From: a bacterium
GTDB taxonomy: Bacteria; 4484-113; JAFGCY01
DNA length: 64,000 nt
NCBI GenBank assembly: GCA_020440605.1
Contig: JAGRNT010000007.1
Location: 55,083 to 119,082, forward strand
Direction of reading: 5' to 3'
Positions 40,194 through 49,480 of the stretch are shown one piece after another (positions within the stretch are counted from its first letter, which is position 1; every line of letters begins with the position of its first letter). The notes under the pieces were generated by a model, which did not search any database, was not told the origin of the DNA, and worked only from the letters and a program-made list of their open reading frames with translations. Made by a program: the position numbers and the translations under genes.

Positions 40194-41188
40194 CAGTTTC
40201 CCAGCCTCCGCTCAATCCGCATCAGCATCAGGCGGGCAGCCGCCAGCACGATGAAGGTGATCACGAACAGGATGAAGCCCAGCGCGAACAGGGTGCTGGA
40301 GTACAGTCCGGGGTCGGCCTCGGTGAACTCATTGGCAATGGTCGCCGAGATCGTGGTGCCGGGATCGAGGAATGACGGGTTGATGCGGTGCGCGTTGCCG
40401 ATCACGAAGGTGACGGCCATGGTCTCACCGAGCGCACGGCCCAGTGCCAGCATCCCGCCGCCGATCACGCCGACGCGGGTATGCGGGATCACCACCTTGC
40501 GCACGACCTCCCAGGTGGTGCAGCCCAGTCCGTAGGCGGCTTCCTTCAGCACGGCCGGGACGGTCTCGAATACGTCGCGGCTGACGGAGCTGATGAAGGG
40601 GATGATCATGATAGAGAGGATCAGCGAGGCGGTAAGCACGTTTGTCCCGTAGGAGCCGTTGGCGAATAGGGCGTTGAGCAGCGGGATCGGTGCAAAGAAC
40701 TTCACCAGTGCGGGGTTGACATGCTCCGCAAGGAAGGGGGCGAAGATGAACAGGCCCCAGATACCGTAGATGATGCTCGGCACGCCGGCCAGCAGCTCGA
40801 CTGCGATGCCGATCGGCTTGCGCAGCGCCATCGGGCAGGTCTCGGTCAGGAAGATCGCAATCCCGAGCCCGATCGGCATGGCGATTGCCATGGCGATCAG
40901 CGAGGTGATCAGGGTTCCGTAGATCGCCGGCAGTCCGCCGAAGATCTCTTTGGGCGGGCTCCAGCGCTGGCTGACGAAGAATTCCCAGCCATATGCCTGG
41001 AAGGCCGGCAGGGCACCGCGGAACAGCGCGACCATCACTCCCGTGAGAATGATGACCACGGTCCAGCAGGCGATCAGGGTGGTGAGTGAGAATGCGCGGT
41101 CTCCCTTGGCAAAGCCGCGCAGGACCCTGCTGCGCTGCTCAGTCAGTTTCGCCGCATCCAGGCCCACATTTAGCATGGTTCCAGACAT
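40193..41188 (-). CDS. pstC: phosphate ABC transporter permease PstC
   Basis: operon position; GGAAGG RBS before ATG at 41188. Confidence 0.85.
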   Translation of the reverse strand: MSGTMLNVGLDAAKLTEQRSRVLRGFAKGDRAFSLTTLIACWTVVIILTGVMVALFRGALPAFQAYGWEFFVSQRWSPPKEIFGGLPAIYGTLITSLIAMAIAMPIGLGIAIFLTETCPMALRKPIGIAVELLAGVPSIIYGIWGLFIFAPFLAEHVNPALVKFFAPIPLLNALFANGSYGTNVLTASLILSIMIIPFISSVSRDVFETVPAVLKEAAYGLGCTTWEVVRKVVIPHTRVGVIGGGMLALGRALGETMAVTFVIGNAHRINPSFLDPGTTISATIANEFTEADPGLYSSTLFALGFILFVITFIVLAAARLMLMRIERRLGN

Positions 41189-41342
41189 CTGCCTTCCGTT
41201 GCTTGTCCTCGCCGTCGCCGGCGGGCGGGGTGCGGCTTCCAGACATTTAATTCCTGGTTGAGCCGGCTGCTGATATTGAATCAAACCAGTATGAAGATAA
41301 TGTGAAGATTGCCGTCGGATTGCGTAAATGCTAAAAGGACTC

Positions 41343-41378
41343 CCCCCGCCGTTAAGCGGGAGAAGTCCTCCATACGTC
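41343..41378 (-). terminator. imperfect hairpin + U-tract between pstS-1 and pstC (partial terminator/attenuator)
   Basis: GGACTTCTCCCGC-TTAA-CGGCGGGGGGAGTCC then TTTT on minus strand. Confidence 0.4.
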
Positions 41379-41398
41379 TAGGGGTAGCTGTGTTGGGG

Positions 41399-42601
41399 TC
41401 AGACGAGCGGCTGGCCGTTCTCGCCCTTGATCTCGCCGGCCCACATCGCCTCAACGCTCTCCACCACGGAGCTGGGCATCGGGATGTAGTCGAGGCCGAG
41501 AGCTTCCTCGCTGCCGTACTCGAAGGCCCACTTGAAGAACTTCAGGGCCTCTGCGGAAGCGGCATCATCCTCGGGGCTCTTGTACATCAGGATGAAGGTG
41601 GCGGCGGTCATCGGCCAGGTGGAGTCGCCGGGCTGGTTGGCGAGGATCACACCGTAACCGGGAACGCTGTTCCAGTCAGCGCTGGCGGCTGCGGCGGCGA
41701 AGGCATCGGCATCGGGGCTGACGGTTTTGCCGGCCTTGTTGATCATGTTGCAGTGCGTCATGCTGTTCTGCTTGGCGTAGGCGTACTCGACGTAGCCGAT
41801 GCTGAACTTGGCGCCAGCCACGTTCTGGGCAACGCCCTCGTTGCCCTTGGCACCGATGCCGACCGGCCACTCGACGGCCTTGTCAACACCGACCTCGTTC
41901 CTCCAGGCCTCGCTGACCTCGGCCAGGTAGTAGGTGAAGTTGTAGGTCGTACCGGAACCGTCGGAGCGGGTGACCACGTTGATGCTGGCATCGGGCAGCG
42001 TCACGCCGGCATTGAGGGCGGCGATCGCCGGGTCGTTCCAGTTGCTGATCTTGCCCATGAAGATGTCAGCGAGTGTCGTGCCGTCCAGGGTGATCTGGCC
42101 TGCAGTGATTCCGTCGAGATTGATGACGGGGACGATGCCGCCCATCACCATCGGCCACTGCACGAGGCCGCTCTCCGTAAGCTCCTCACCGCTGAGCGGG
42201 GCATCGGTGGCGCCGAAGGTCACGGTTTTGGCCTTGATCTGCTTGATGCCGCCGCCGGAACCGATGGACTGGTAGTTCAGGCCCACGCCTGTTTCCTTCT
42301 GGTAGCTGTCAGCCCATTTGGAATAGATCGGATACGGGAAGGTGGCTCCGGCACCGGCGATCTGGCCCACACCGCCCGCGGAGGAAGTATCGCCTGCGGT
42401 CGTGTCGGCAGCGGAGCTGTCGGTGCTGGTGCTGCTGTTGTCCGCTATGCTGGAAGAGCTGGAGCTGCTGCTGTCGGTTGACGTGCTGTCAGTCTCGGAC
42501 GGGCAACCCGTCGCAAACGCGGCGAGGATGGCAACCGTGGCCAGCAGGGCCAGCGCCCGGAGCGGGAAGATGGTGTTCAGGATCATGCCTGTGCGATTCA
42601 T
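41399..42601 (-). CDS. pstS: phosphate-binding lipoprotein PstS (copy 1) with Ser/Thr-rich linker
   Basis: GGAGG RBS, lipobox FATGC, then 40-aa S/T/D-rich linker, then GAGATFPYPIYSKWADSYQ PstS fold. Confidence 0.85.
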   Translation of the reverse strand: MNRTGMILNTIFPLRALALLATVAILAAFATGCPSETDSTSTDSSSSSSSSIADNSSTSTDSSAADTTAGDTSSAGGVGQIAGAGATFPYPIYSKWADSYQKETGVGLNYQSIGSGGGIKQIKAKTVTFGATDAPLSGEELTESGLVQWPMVMGGIVPVINLDGITAGQITLDGTTLADIFMGKISNWNDPAIAALNAGVTLPDASINVVTRSDGSGTTYNFTYYLAEVSEAWRNEVGVDKAVEWPVGIGAKGNEGVAQNVAGAKFSIGYVEYAYAKQNSMTHCNMINKAGKTVSPDADAFAAAAASADWNSVPGYGVILANQPGDSTWPMTAATFILMYKSPEDDAASAEALKFFKWAFEYGSEEALGLDYIPMPSSVVESVEAMWAGEIKGENGQPLV

Positions 42602-42644
42602 TGTTATACCTCCGTTATAGGCAGGGAGAATGTACTGAGGCCGT

Positions 42645-42671
42645 GTGTGAATTTCGTGAAGATAACGTGAA
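42645..42671 (-). promoter_or_regulatory. Pho-box-like triple direct repeat TTCAC-N6-TTCAC-N4-TTCACA upstream of pstS-1
   Basis: GTGAA at 42647, 42656, 42667 (spacing 9 and 11), 46 nt upstream of ATG. Confidence 0.5.
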
Positions 42672-42770
42672 TCCACATGAATTCTTGACAAATCAGCTGC
42701 ATTGGCAACTCTGTGGATTGCCGGACTCCCGGCTCACGGGACAGCTGCATCACCGTCCGGGCTTGCCTGC

Positions 42771-42819
42771 AAAATGCAGAGGCTCCCCCGCAGGCAACTT
42801 GCACCTTCGGGAGAGCCTC
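42771..42819 (-). terminator. hairpin + U-tract after pstS-2
   Basis: GAGGCTCTCCCG...CGGGGGAGCCTC stem then TGCATTTT. Confidence 0.4.
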
Positions 42820-42839
42820 ATCTGGTCGAAGCCTGGGGC

Positions 42840-43925
42840 TTAGATCAGCGGCTTGCCGTTGGCACCCTTGATCTCCTTGGACCACATCGCCTCGACACTG
42901 TCCACAACGGACTTCGGCATCGGGATGTAGTCCAGGCCGAGCGCCTCGGTGTCACCCATCTCAAAGGCCCACTTGAAGAACTTCAGGGCCTGGGTGGAAG
43001 CGGCGTCATCCTCGGGGCTCTTGTACATCAGGATGAAGGTGGCGGCGGTCATCGGCCAGGTGGAATCGCCGGGCTGGTTGGCGAGGATCACACCGTAACC
43101 GGGCACGCTGCTCCAGTCAGCACTGGCGGCGGCGGCGGCAAAGGCATCGGCATCGGGGCTGACGGCCTTGCCGGCCTTGTTGATCATCTTGGTATACGTC
43201 AGACCGTTCTGCTTGGCATAGGCATACTCGACGTAACCGATGCTGTTCTTGGCGCCGGCCACGTTCTGGGCCACGCCCTCGTTGCCCTTGGCACCGATGC
43301 CGACCGGCCACTCGACGGCCTTGTCAACGCCGATCTCGCTCTTCCACGTGCTGCTGACATCAGCCAGGTAGTAGGTGAAGTTGTAGGTGGTGCCGGAACC
43401 GTCGGAGCGGGTGACCACGTTGATGCTCGTGCTCGGCAGGCTGACGCCGCCGTTGAGCTTGGCAATCGCGGGATCGTTCCACTTGGTGATCTTGCCCATG
43501 AAGATGTTGGCAAGCGTGCTGCCATCCAGCACGAGCTGGCCGGGCTTGACACCCTCCACGTTGATGACGGGGACGATGCCGCCCATCACCATCGGCCACT
43601 GCACGAGGCCGGACTCGCTGAGTTCCTGGCCGCTGAGCGGGGCGTCGGTGGCACCGAAGGTCACGGTCTTGGCCTTGATCTGCTTGATGCCGCCGCCGGA
43701 ACCGATGGACTGGTAGTTCAGACCGATACCGGTTTCCTTCTGGTAGCTGTCAGCCCACTTGGAATAGATCGGATACGGGAAGGTCGCTCCCGCGCCGGCG
43801 ATCTGCTCGGCTGCGCTGGCGGGCGTGCCGCGGAAACCGGCAGCCAGGGCAGCGAGAATGACAACTCCGGTGAAGACCAGCATGGCCTTCAGCGGATTAC
43901 TGTTCAGGTTCTTACCTGTGCGCAT
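42840..43925 (-). CDS. pstS: phosphate-binding protein PstS (copy 2)
   Basis: GGAGG RBS; signal peptide; no S/T linker; ~85% identical mature domain to copy 1. Confidence 0.85.
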   Translation of the reverse strand: MRTGKNLNSNPLKAMLVFTGVVILAALAAGFRGTPASAAEQIAGAGATFPYPIYSKWADSYQKETGIGLNYQSIGSGGGIKQIKAKTVTFGATDAPLSGQELSESGLVQWPMVMGGIVPVINVEGVKPGQLVLDGSTLANIFMGKITKWNDPAIAKLNGGVSLPSTSINVVTRSDGSGTTYNFTYYLADVSSTWKSEIGVDKAVEWPVGIGAKGNEGVAQNVAGAKNSIGYVEYAYAKQNGLTYTKMINKAGKAVSPDADAFAAAAASADWSSVPGYGVILANQPGDSTWPMTAATFILMYKSPEDDAASTQALKFFKWAFEMGDTEALGLDYIPMPKSVVDSVEAMWSKEIKGANGKPLI

Positions 43926-43969
43926 TGTTATACCTCCGTTATAGGCAGGGAAAATGTACTCAGGCAGTA

Positions 43970-43995
43970 TGTGAATCAAGTGAAGGACAGGTGAA
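43970..43995 (-). promoter_or_regulatory. Pho-box-like triple direct repeat upstream of pstS-2
   Basis: GTGAA at 43971, 43980, 43991 (spacing 9 and 11), 46 nt upstream of ATG; leader duplicated from pstS-1. Confidence 0.5.
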
Positions 43996-44027
43996 CCCGG
44001 GTAATTTACTGGGGAAACGGCTGGTTG

Positions 44028-45818
44028 TCAGTTTCCCCGCAGTTCGGAAGGGAAGCTCAGAATGAACTCAGAACCCTCTCCGGGACTGCTCTTGATGCGC
44101 ACCTCACCGCCGTGGGCAATCATCACGTGCTTGACGATCGCGAGCCCGAGCCCGGTGCCGCCGAGCTGGCGGGAGCGCGCCTTGTCAACGCGGTAGAAGC
44201 GCTCGAAGATCCTGGCGTGGTGTTCCTCGGGAATGCCGAGCCCGTAGTCGCGCACGCTGATGAAGGGGCTGCTGCCCTCCAGACCGACCCGGACCTCCAC
44301 AAGCTGCCGGCTGCCGGCGTACTTGATGGCATTGTCCACGAGGTTGCCGATGGCCAGCAGCAGGTTCTCCTGGTCGCCCATCACGCGGATCGGCTGATCA
44401 GGAAGGCTGAGCCGGATCTCCACCCCCGCTGATTCACTCTTGGCCGAGCAGTTGTCAATGGCCAGACGGGCTGTCGAGGCGAGATCCAGCGGCTCGTCCT
44501 CCCGCTCATGGAAGCCGTGCTCCACGCGCGAGAGTGAGAGCATGTCGTTAACGAGCCCGCTCAGGCGCAGTGACTCATCGAGGATACTGCCCATGAATCG
44601 GTCGCGCACCGCATGCTCCATCTCCGGGTCGCTGATGATGGTCTCCGCCAGGCCGCGGATCGCGGTCACAGGGCTCTTCAGTTCATGGCTGGCATTGGCA
44701 ATGAACTGCGTGCGCATGTGCTCGAATTCATGCGTGCCGGTGATGTCGCGGATGATGCCAACCGCGCCGAGCACGCCTTCCGTGGCATCCCGCCAGGGAG
44801 TGACGATGATGCTGATCCAGCGGTTGCTGCCGGTGCCGACCAGTTCCAGCTCGCGCTGGATGGTGCTGCCGTTGCTGATCGCCGCCGAGAGGGCCTGTAC
44901 CAGTTCAGGCACCGTCAGGCATTCCCAGGCATGTCGCCCGGCGATGGCGTCATACTCCTGGCGGCAGTAGCCGGCAGCAACGCGGTTGACGTGCACGATG
45001 CGTTCCTGGCTGTCAACGGCGATCAGGCCCTCGCTCATGCTGGAAAGGATCGCCTCGAGCTGGCTGCGGTCGCGGGCGATCGTCAGCATCCGCTGGGCCA
45101 GGCTGTCTGACATGCTGTTGAGCATTTCCGCAAGCTGTCCGAGTTCATCATGGGTCATGACTTCCGCCCGCTTGCTGTAGTTGCCGCGGCTGATTCCACG
45201 GGCGACCTCCATCATGCGCGTCACCGGCCGGGTCACGCGGCGCGCGAACAGCAGGCCGAGCGGCAGGCTGACAAGCAGGGTGATCCCCGTACCCATCAGC
45301 ACGCTGAGACGCAGGGCGCTGAGCTGGTTGTCAATGTCACTGAGAGGCAGGGAGGTGCGCACATAGCCGGTCAGGCGACTGCCATCGTGCACCGCCACCG
45401 CGTAGTACATCATCCGCTCATGCACGCTGCGACTGAAGCGCCGGGACATACCGCTGCCGCTGCTGCCCGCGGCAAGCAGTTCGGGGCGGTTGGCATGGTT
45501 CTCCATCTCCGCTGCCGCCATATGCGAATCCGCCAGCACCACACCATCATCACGGATAACCGTGAAGCGCGTGGCAGTGGCCCGGCCGAGATCCTTGAGC
45601 TGGTCATCAAGCGCCGGCAGGGCTGCGCCAGCCTGCAGGCTGTCCTGGGCCATGGCTTCGAGCATCAGGCATTGCTGCTGCAGCGATCGCTCGATGCGCA
45701 GCAGTGAGTCTGCGGAGATCCGGAACTGGATCAGCAGTCCGACGGTCAGGGCGGTGAGCACGATCAGGATCGCGTACACCGAGTACAGCTTCCAGAAGAA
45801 CTGCGTACGCAGGGCCAT
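44028..45818 (-). CDS. phoR: phosphate regulon sensor histidine kinase PhoR
   Basis: TM-HAMP-PAS-HisKA (HELKSP)-HATPase_c; overlaps phoB stop. Confidence 0.85.
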   Translation of the reverse strand: MALRTQFFWKLYSVYAILIVLTALTVGLLIQFRISADSLLRIERSLQQQCLMLEAMAQDSLQAGAALPALDDQLKDLGRATATRFTVIRDDGVVLADSHMAAAEMENHANRPELLAAGSSGSGMSRRFSRSVHERMMYYAVAVHDGSRLTGYVRTSLPLSDIDNQLSALRLSVLMGTGITLLVSLPLGLLFARRVTRPVTRMMEVARGISRGNYSKRAEVMTHDELGQLAEMLNSMSDSLAQRMLTIARDRSQLEAILSSMSEGLIAVDSQERIVHVNRVAAGYCRQEYDAIAGRHAWECLTVPELVQALSAAISNGSTIQRELELVGTGSNRWISIIVTPWRDATEGVLGAVGIIRDITGTHEFEHMRTQFIANASHELKSPVTAIRGLAETIISDPEMEHAVRDRFMGSILDESLRLSGLVNDMLSLSRVEHGFHEREDEPLDLASTARLAIDNCSAKSESAGVEIRLSLPDQPIRVMGDQENLLLAIGNLVDNAIKYAGSRQLVEVRVGLEGSSPFISVRDYGLGIPEEHHARIFERFYRVDKARSRQLGGTGLGLAIVKHVMIAHGGEVRIKSSPGEGSEFILSFPSELRGN

Positions 45819-46510
45819 CAGTCCTCCCGGAAGCGGTATCCCACCCCGCGCACGGTTTCCACGAGCTCACGCTGTTCCCCCAGCTTCTTGCGGATCGACT
45901 TCACGTGCGTGTCAATGTTGCGTTCGATCACGATCCCGCCGCTGTTGCCCGTGAGCGAGAGGATTTCCTCGCGGCTGAAAACGCGGCCCGGACTGCGCAT
46001 TAGCAGGCTCATGATCTGGAACTCGGAGGGAGTGAGTTCCACCAGTTCATCCGCAACGTAGAAGCGGTGGCGCTCAGTATCTATCCGCAAGCCGCCGGCA
46101 TTGATCACGGTGCGGCTGCCGTCCTGGGCCTGGTGCAGGCGGCGCAGGCTGGCCTTGACGCGGGCCACGAGCTCGCGCGGGCTGAAGGGCTTGACGATGT
46201 AGTCGTCCGCACCGATTCCCAGGCCGAGCACTACGTCGGATTCCTCCGAACGCGCGGTGACCATCAGCACGGGAATATGGCGCAGCGAGATATCCGTCTT
46301 CAGGTTCTGGCAGATCTGGATGCCGTCCATGCCGGGCAGCATGATGTCCAGCAATGCCAGATCGGGCTTTTCGCGGCGGATCATGTCGATACCTTCGACA
46401 CCATCACGCGCTTCCAGCACGCGGTAGCCTTCACGGCGCAGGTTGTAGGAAATCACCTCGAGGATGTTGTTCTCATCCTCGACGACGGCGATGCGGTACT
46501 GTCTGCTCAT
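45818..46510 (-). CDS. phoB: phosphate regulon response regulator PhoB (OmpR family)
   Basis: receiver + winged helix (VRGVGYRF); AGGAAA RBS before ATG 46510. Confidence 0.85.
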   Translation of the reverse strand: MSRQYRIAVVEDENNILEVISYNLRREGYRVLEARDGVEGIDMIRREKPDLALLDIMLPGMDGIQICQNLKTDISLRHIPVLMVTARSEESDVVLGLGIGADDYIVKPFSPRELVARVKASLRRLHQAQDGSRTVINAGGLRIDTERHRFYVADELVELTPSEFQIMSLLMRSPGRVFSREEILSLTGNSGGIVIERNIDTHVKSIRKKLGEQRELVETVRGVGYRFRED

Positions 46511-46601
46511 TTCAGTTTCCTGTTGTGATTTGCCGGACAGGTGCCTATGATCCTGTTCGGACACTTTCGGGAAAATATGCAGACGGGGTATAACACCATT
46601 G

Positions 46602-46636
46602 ATTATACACAAGCCTGCCCCGGGGGCGGGGCAGGC
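46602..46636. promoter_or_regulatory. TGTATAAT -10 element (minus) abutted by perfect 10-bp-stem hairpin GCCTGCCCCG-GGG-GCGGGGCAGGC in phoB/HTH divergent region
   Basis: seen directly. Confidence 0.3.
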
Positions 46637-46744
46637 GCATTTCTTTTCGAACGTATCGCGGCTGAAATTCCTGAATACAGCCACTACGGCTAAATCCCGG
46701 TTCACTGCACGCTGGGTCCAGTTCCCTGTGTTTCAACTTAGGCA

Positions 46745-47275
46745 GTGAACATTCGCAGCAACATCTTCGCGGAAGTGATTGAAGAAGCCTGCAGGCAACG
46801 CGGCTGGAATCTATCACAGCTTGCGCGCCACGTGGGGAAGAGTGCCACAACTCTGGCCCGCTGGAAGGAAAGCACGAGTGGGAGCTGCGATGTATATGCG
46901 CTGGCTGAGATCTTCCGACTGGCGGGTCTCAGCATGGATGAAGGATTCAGGCTGCGGGACCATGCTCTCACACATGCGGTTTCTGAAAATGCGCAGCTGC
47001 GCGGTGAACTGGATGACTTGCGAGGCCAGCTTGACCGGCATGAAAGCGTGCTCAACGGCCTGCACAGCGTCTTTGCCCTGCTCGGTGAAGGTTCCGTTCG
47101 TCTCACGGCAGCTTCCGGGAGGAAGGAATCACAAGTGCAGGCTGAGCAGGAAAGCTGTCTGAGTGATGTGCTCTCCAGCCTGGACAGGACCATAGACCAG
47201 ATCGACCGGCTGCCCGGCGAGGATTCCGCAAGGCTGGATGAGGATGAGGACTTCGGCTGGCAACGCCGGGCCTGA
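46745..47275 (+). CDS. XRE-type HTH domain protein with C-terminal coiled coil (paralog of 61603..62040)
   Basis: LSQLARHVGKSATTLARW HTH; LAGLSMDEGFRL block shared with paralog. Confidence 0.6.
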   Translation: MNIRSNIFAEVIEEACRQRGWNLSQLARHVGKSATTLARWKESTSGSCDVYALAEIFRLAGLSMDEGFRLRDHALTHAVSENAQLRGELDDLRGQLDRHESVLNGLHSVFALLGEGSVRLTAASGRKESQVQAEQESCLSDVLSSLDRTIDQIDRLPGEDSARLDEDEDFGWQRRA

Positions 47276-47294
47276 GCCCTGATGGAAAAGCAGG

Positions 47295-48227
47295 ATGCGT
47301 GAAACTGAGACAAACTATGCCTGGCTGGCCAACCTGGCAAAGCTTGCCACGGAACATTTCCATGCCGGAGACTCGGCAGCGCTGGCAGGCGTACTGCGGC
47401 GACTGCGGAGCATGGCCGGCAGCTGCAGCAGCGGCACGAATCTGACGAGCTATGAGACGACCGTCTGCCGCTGCCTGCTGCTCTTTGGCTCTCTGCGACT
47501 CGATGCCGGAGATTTCGCAGGCTGCCGCCAGGCGAGCATCGATGCCTGCCGGATCCTTGACAACAAGCGACTGAGGCTCGAACATGCAGGCGAACAGGCT
47601 CGGCCAGACAGCCTTGCCTGGCTGGCAGTCCTGAAACTGGAGGCTGACATGTCCTGGCTGGCGCTGCCTGAGGATGAGGTCCAGTCTCTGGCAACAACAG
47701 ACATTGCCCAGCGCATGGGGCATGCTCTGCGTGCCCTGGAGATCGGCCTCAGCCGCAACCGCAGCATGAATCCGGAACGAAGGCGAAACATTGAAGTCCA
47801 GCAGCTTGCCTGCCTTTCGTCATTGCAGCGGATTGCCCTGCGCGATGACTGTGCACTGCACGAGCAGCTCCGTGCCGAATACAGATATCAGCTGGAACCG
47901 GTTGCCACTGATGAATCCAATCCCTTCCACTGGGAACTGTTCATCGCCCAGAGCCATCTGCAGGGCAGGCTTGACTCGCCGCAGCATACTCGCCTGGCGA
48001 GGATCAGACGTGAAGCCTATCTTGCATGCTACCCCGAGTTTGTGGACGAGCGGCATTTCGGACGGCTGGCTGCTCTGGAGAAGCGCAGGTTCTTCAGCGA
48101 TGAAGCATCACTGGTACCACTCGGGAGCATCGAGCACGACATGCAGCAGGTCGTCAATGTCAGTGTCGGGCATGAGCGCGGACTGCACCTCGTCCTGGAT
48201 GGCCTCCATCAGGGCCGTAGAATCTGA
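47295..48227 (+). CDS. hypothetical protein
   Basis: 310 aa; no recognisable domains; 3' end overlaps convergent lipoprotein ORF by 120 nt (one of the two ends is likely miscalled). Confidence 0.35.
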   Translation: MRETETNYAWLANLAKLATEHFHAGDSAALAGVLRRLRSMAGSCSSGTNLTSYETTVCRCLLLFGSLRLDAGDFAGCRQASIDACRILDNKRLRLEHAGEQARPDSLAWLAVLKLEADMSWLALPEDEVQSLATTDIAQRMGHALRALEIGLSRNRSMNPERRRNIEVQQLACLSSLQRIALRDDCALHEQLRAEYRYQLEPVATDESNPFHWELFIAQSHLQGRLDSPQHTRLARIRREAYLACYPEFVDERHFGRLAALEKRRFFSDEASLVPLGSIEHDMQQVVNVSVGHERGLHLVLDGLHQGRRI

Positions 48228-48479
48228 GGCGAAGCTGCTGCCGTTGTAGAGATCGCCTAGATCCTCCTGGGTATAGGGCGTCATCAGCACGCCGGCGGGG
48301 CAGGCATCGAAGTTGCAGCTGCTGCAATGGATATCCCAGGCGTTGACGACATCCGCCCGGCTGGTGGCAACCTTCACACTGCGGGGCAGCGCGGATTCGG
48401 GGGAGGGGGCAGCGGATGAACCGCAGCCGACAAATACAAATACGCTGACAATGAAGCAAATCCCAAACAAAACTCGCAT
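48108..48479 (-). CDS. hypothetical lipoprotein
   Basis: signal peptide with lipobox FVGCG; TTAAGA-N16-TATAAT promoter at ~48513-48540 (minus). Confidence 0.5.
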   Translation of the reverse strand: MRVLFGICFIVSVFVFVGCGSSAAPSPESALPRSVKVATSRADVVNAWDIHCSSCNFDACPAGVLMTPYTQEDLGDLYNGSSFASDSTALMEAIQDEVQSALMPDTDIDDLLHVVLDAPEWYQ

Positions 48480-48703
48480 ACAGGCACCTCTATTCAGGGA
48501 GAAAAGTGCCAGATTATACCAGTATTAAGGGTGTTCTTAAATGCGATTTGGCAATTGTACCGGAAGTCGGCGGCAGGACATATTCACATTGTCAATATTC
48601 AATTCGTCGGCCCTGAAATCCGAATGATCCACTTTTGCCGGACAATCTGCAATGATTCAGGGACGATCATGCAGCTTTGTCGAAGGCCAGGGTGTTTCCG
48701 CGC

Positions 48704-49114
48704 TCAGGCGTATGCGGTCTGGCTCATGGGCTTGTCGGTCAGGTTCAGCCTGGTGAGGGCCTCGGCAAGCTTGGTATCGCTGACCGGCTTGACGAGAATC
48801 GAGTTAACACCGGCCTCCATCAAGGGCAATGCCGTGTCCGGCGTGACGGAGGCGCTGATCACGATGATCTTGGTATCTCGGTTGACCGTACGGATCATCC
48901 TGGCGCATTCCAGCCCGTTGCAGACCGGCATCTCATAGTCCAGAATCACGAGTGAGGGCTGGAGCGAATTCACCTGCTCAGCTCCCAGCACGCCGTTGTC
49001 AGCCAGTCCGACGATCCGGATGCCGTGGTACTCCAGCGTCCGGGCGAAGCGGAAGCGGAATACCTTGCTGTCGTCAATTACCACTGCGGTGTGTTCCATC
49101 TCTGCAAGTTCCAA
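48704..49114 (-). CDS. stand-alone CheY-like receiver protein
   Basis: 136 aa; VVIDDS, ILDYEMP, KP motifs; paralog of 62312..62755. Confidence 0.75.
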   Translation of the reverse strand: MELAEMEHTAVVIDDSKVFRFRFARTLEYHGIRIVGLADNGVLGAEQVNSLQPSLVILDYEMPVCNGLECARMIRTVNRDTKIIVISASVTPDTALPLMEAGVNSILVKPVSDTKLAEALTRLNLTDKPMSQTAYA

Positions 49115-49221
49115 GATCTGAGATAGGGGATTCTATCCGAACCGGCAGACCAATAATGGACCTGCCGCCAGGTAATTCTGTACCGTCCTTCAGATTCAAC
49201 TCTGGCAACACGAAAAAGCAA

Positions 49222-49244
49222 GGTTGATTGCCACAAACTTGCCA
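49222..49244. promoter_or_regulatory. GTTGATTGCCACAAACTTGCCAC motif upstream of receiver gene
   Basis: matches GTTGATTGGCAAAT upstream of the paralogous receiver at 62081. Confidence 0.3.
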
Positions 49245-49391
49245 CTCCGCCGGACGGTTCGGACACAATTCCGCGGAACCGCAGGGATATCCAGCGAAAG
49301 CGCAGGATTCCTCCACGGAATCGCAGACTTAAATCAGGATTAAGACTTGGTTGCCGGTTCCCGGCAGGCTGCCGTCATTCGCAAACCGGAT

Positions 49392-49424
49392 AAAAAAACG
49401 GGGAGGCCTGGGCTGGCCTCCCCG
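49392..49424 (-). terminator. rho-independent terminator after nucleotidase gene
   Basis: GGGGAGGCC-agccc-AGGCCTCCCC followed by TTTTTTT on minus strand. Confidence 0.65.
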
Positions 49425-49480
49425 GATGCTGGTGGTCCCCGGTGTCTTTTCACCGGAATGAGGATGGTTAAACGAGGGAT

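Noticed and set aside
41309-43994. 390- and 430-aa plus-strand ORFs
   Set aside because: Antisense to the two pstS genes; Gly/Ala/Asp-rich nonsense translations.
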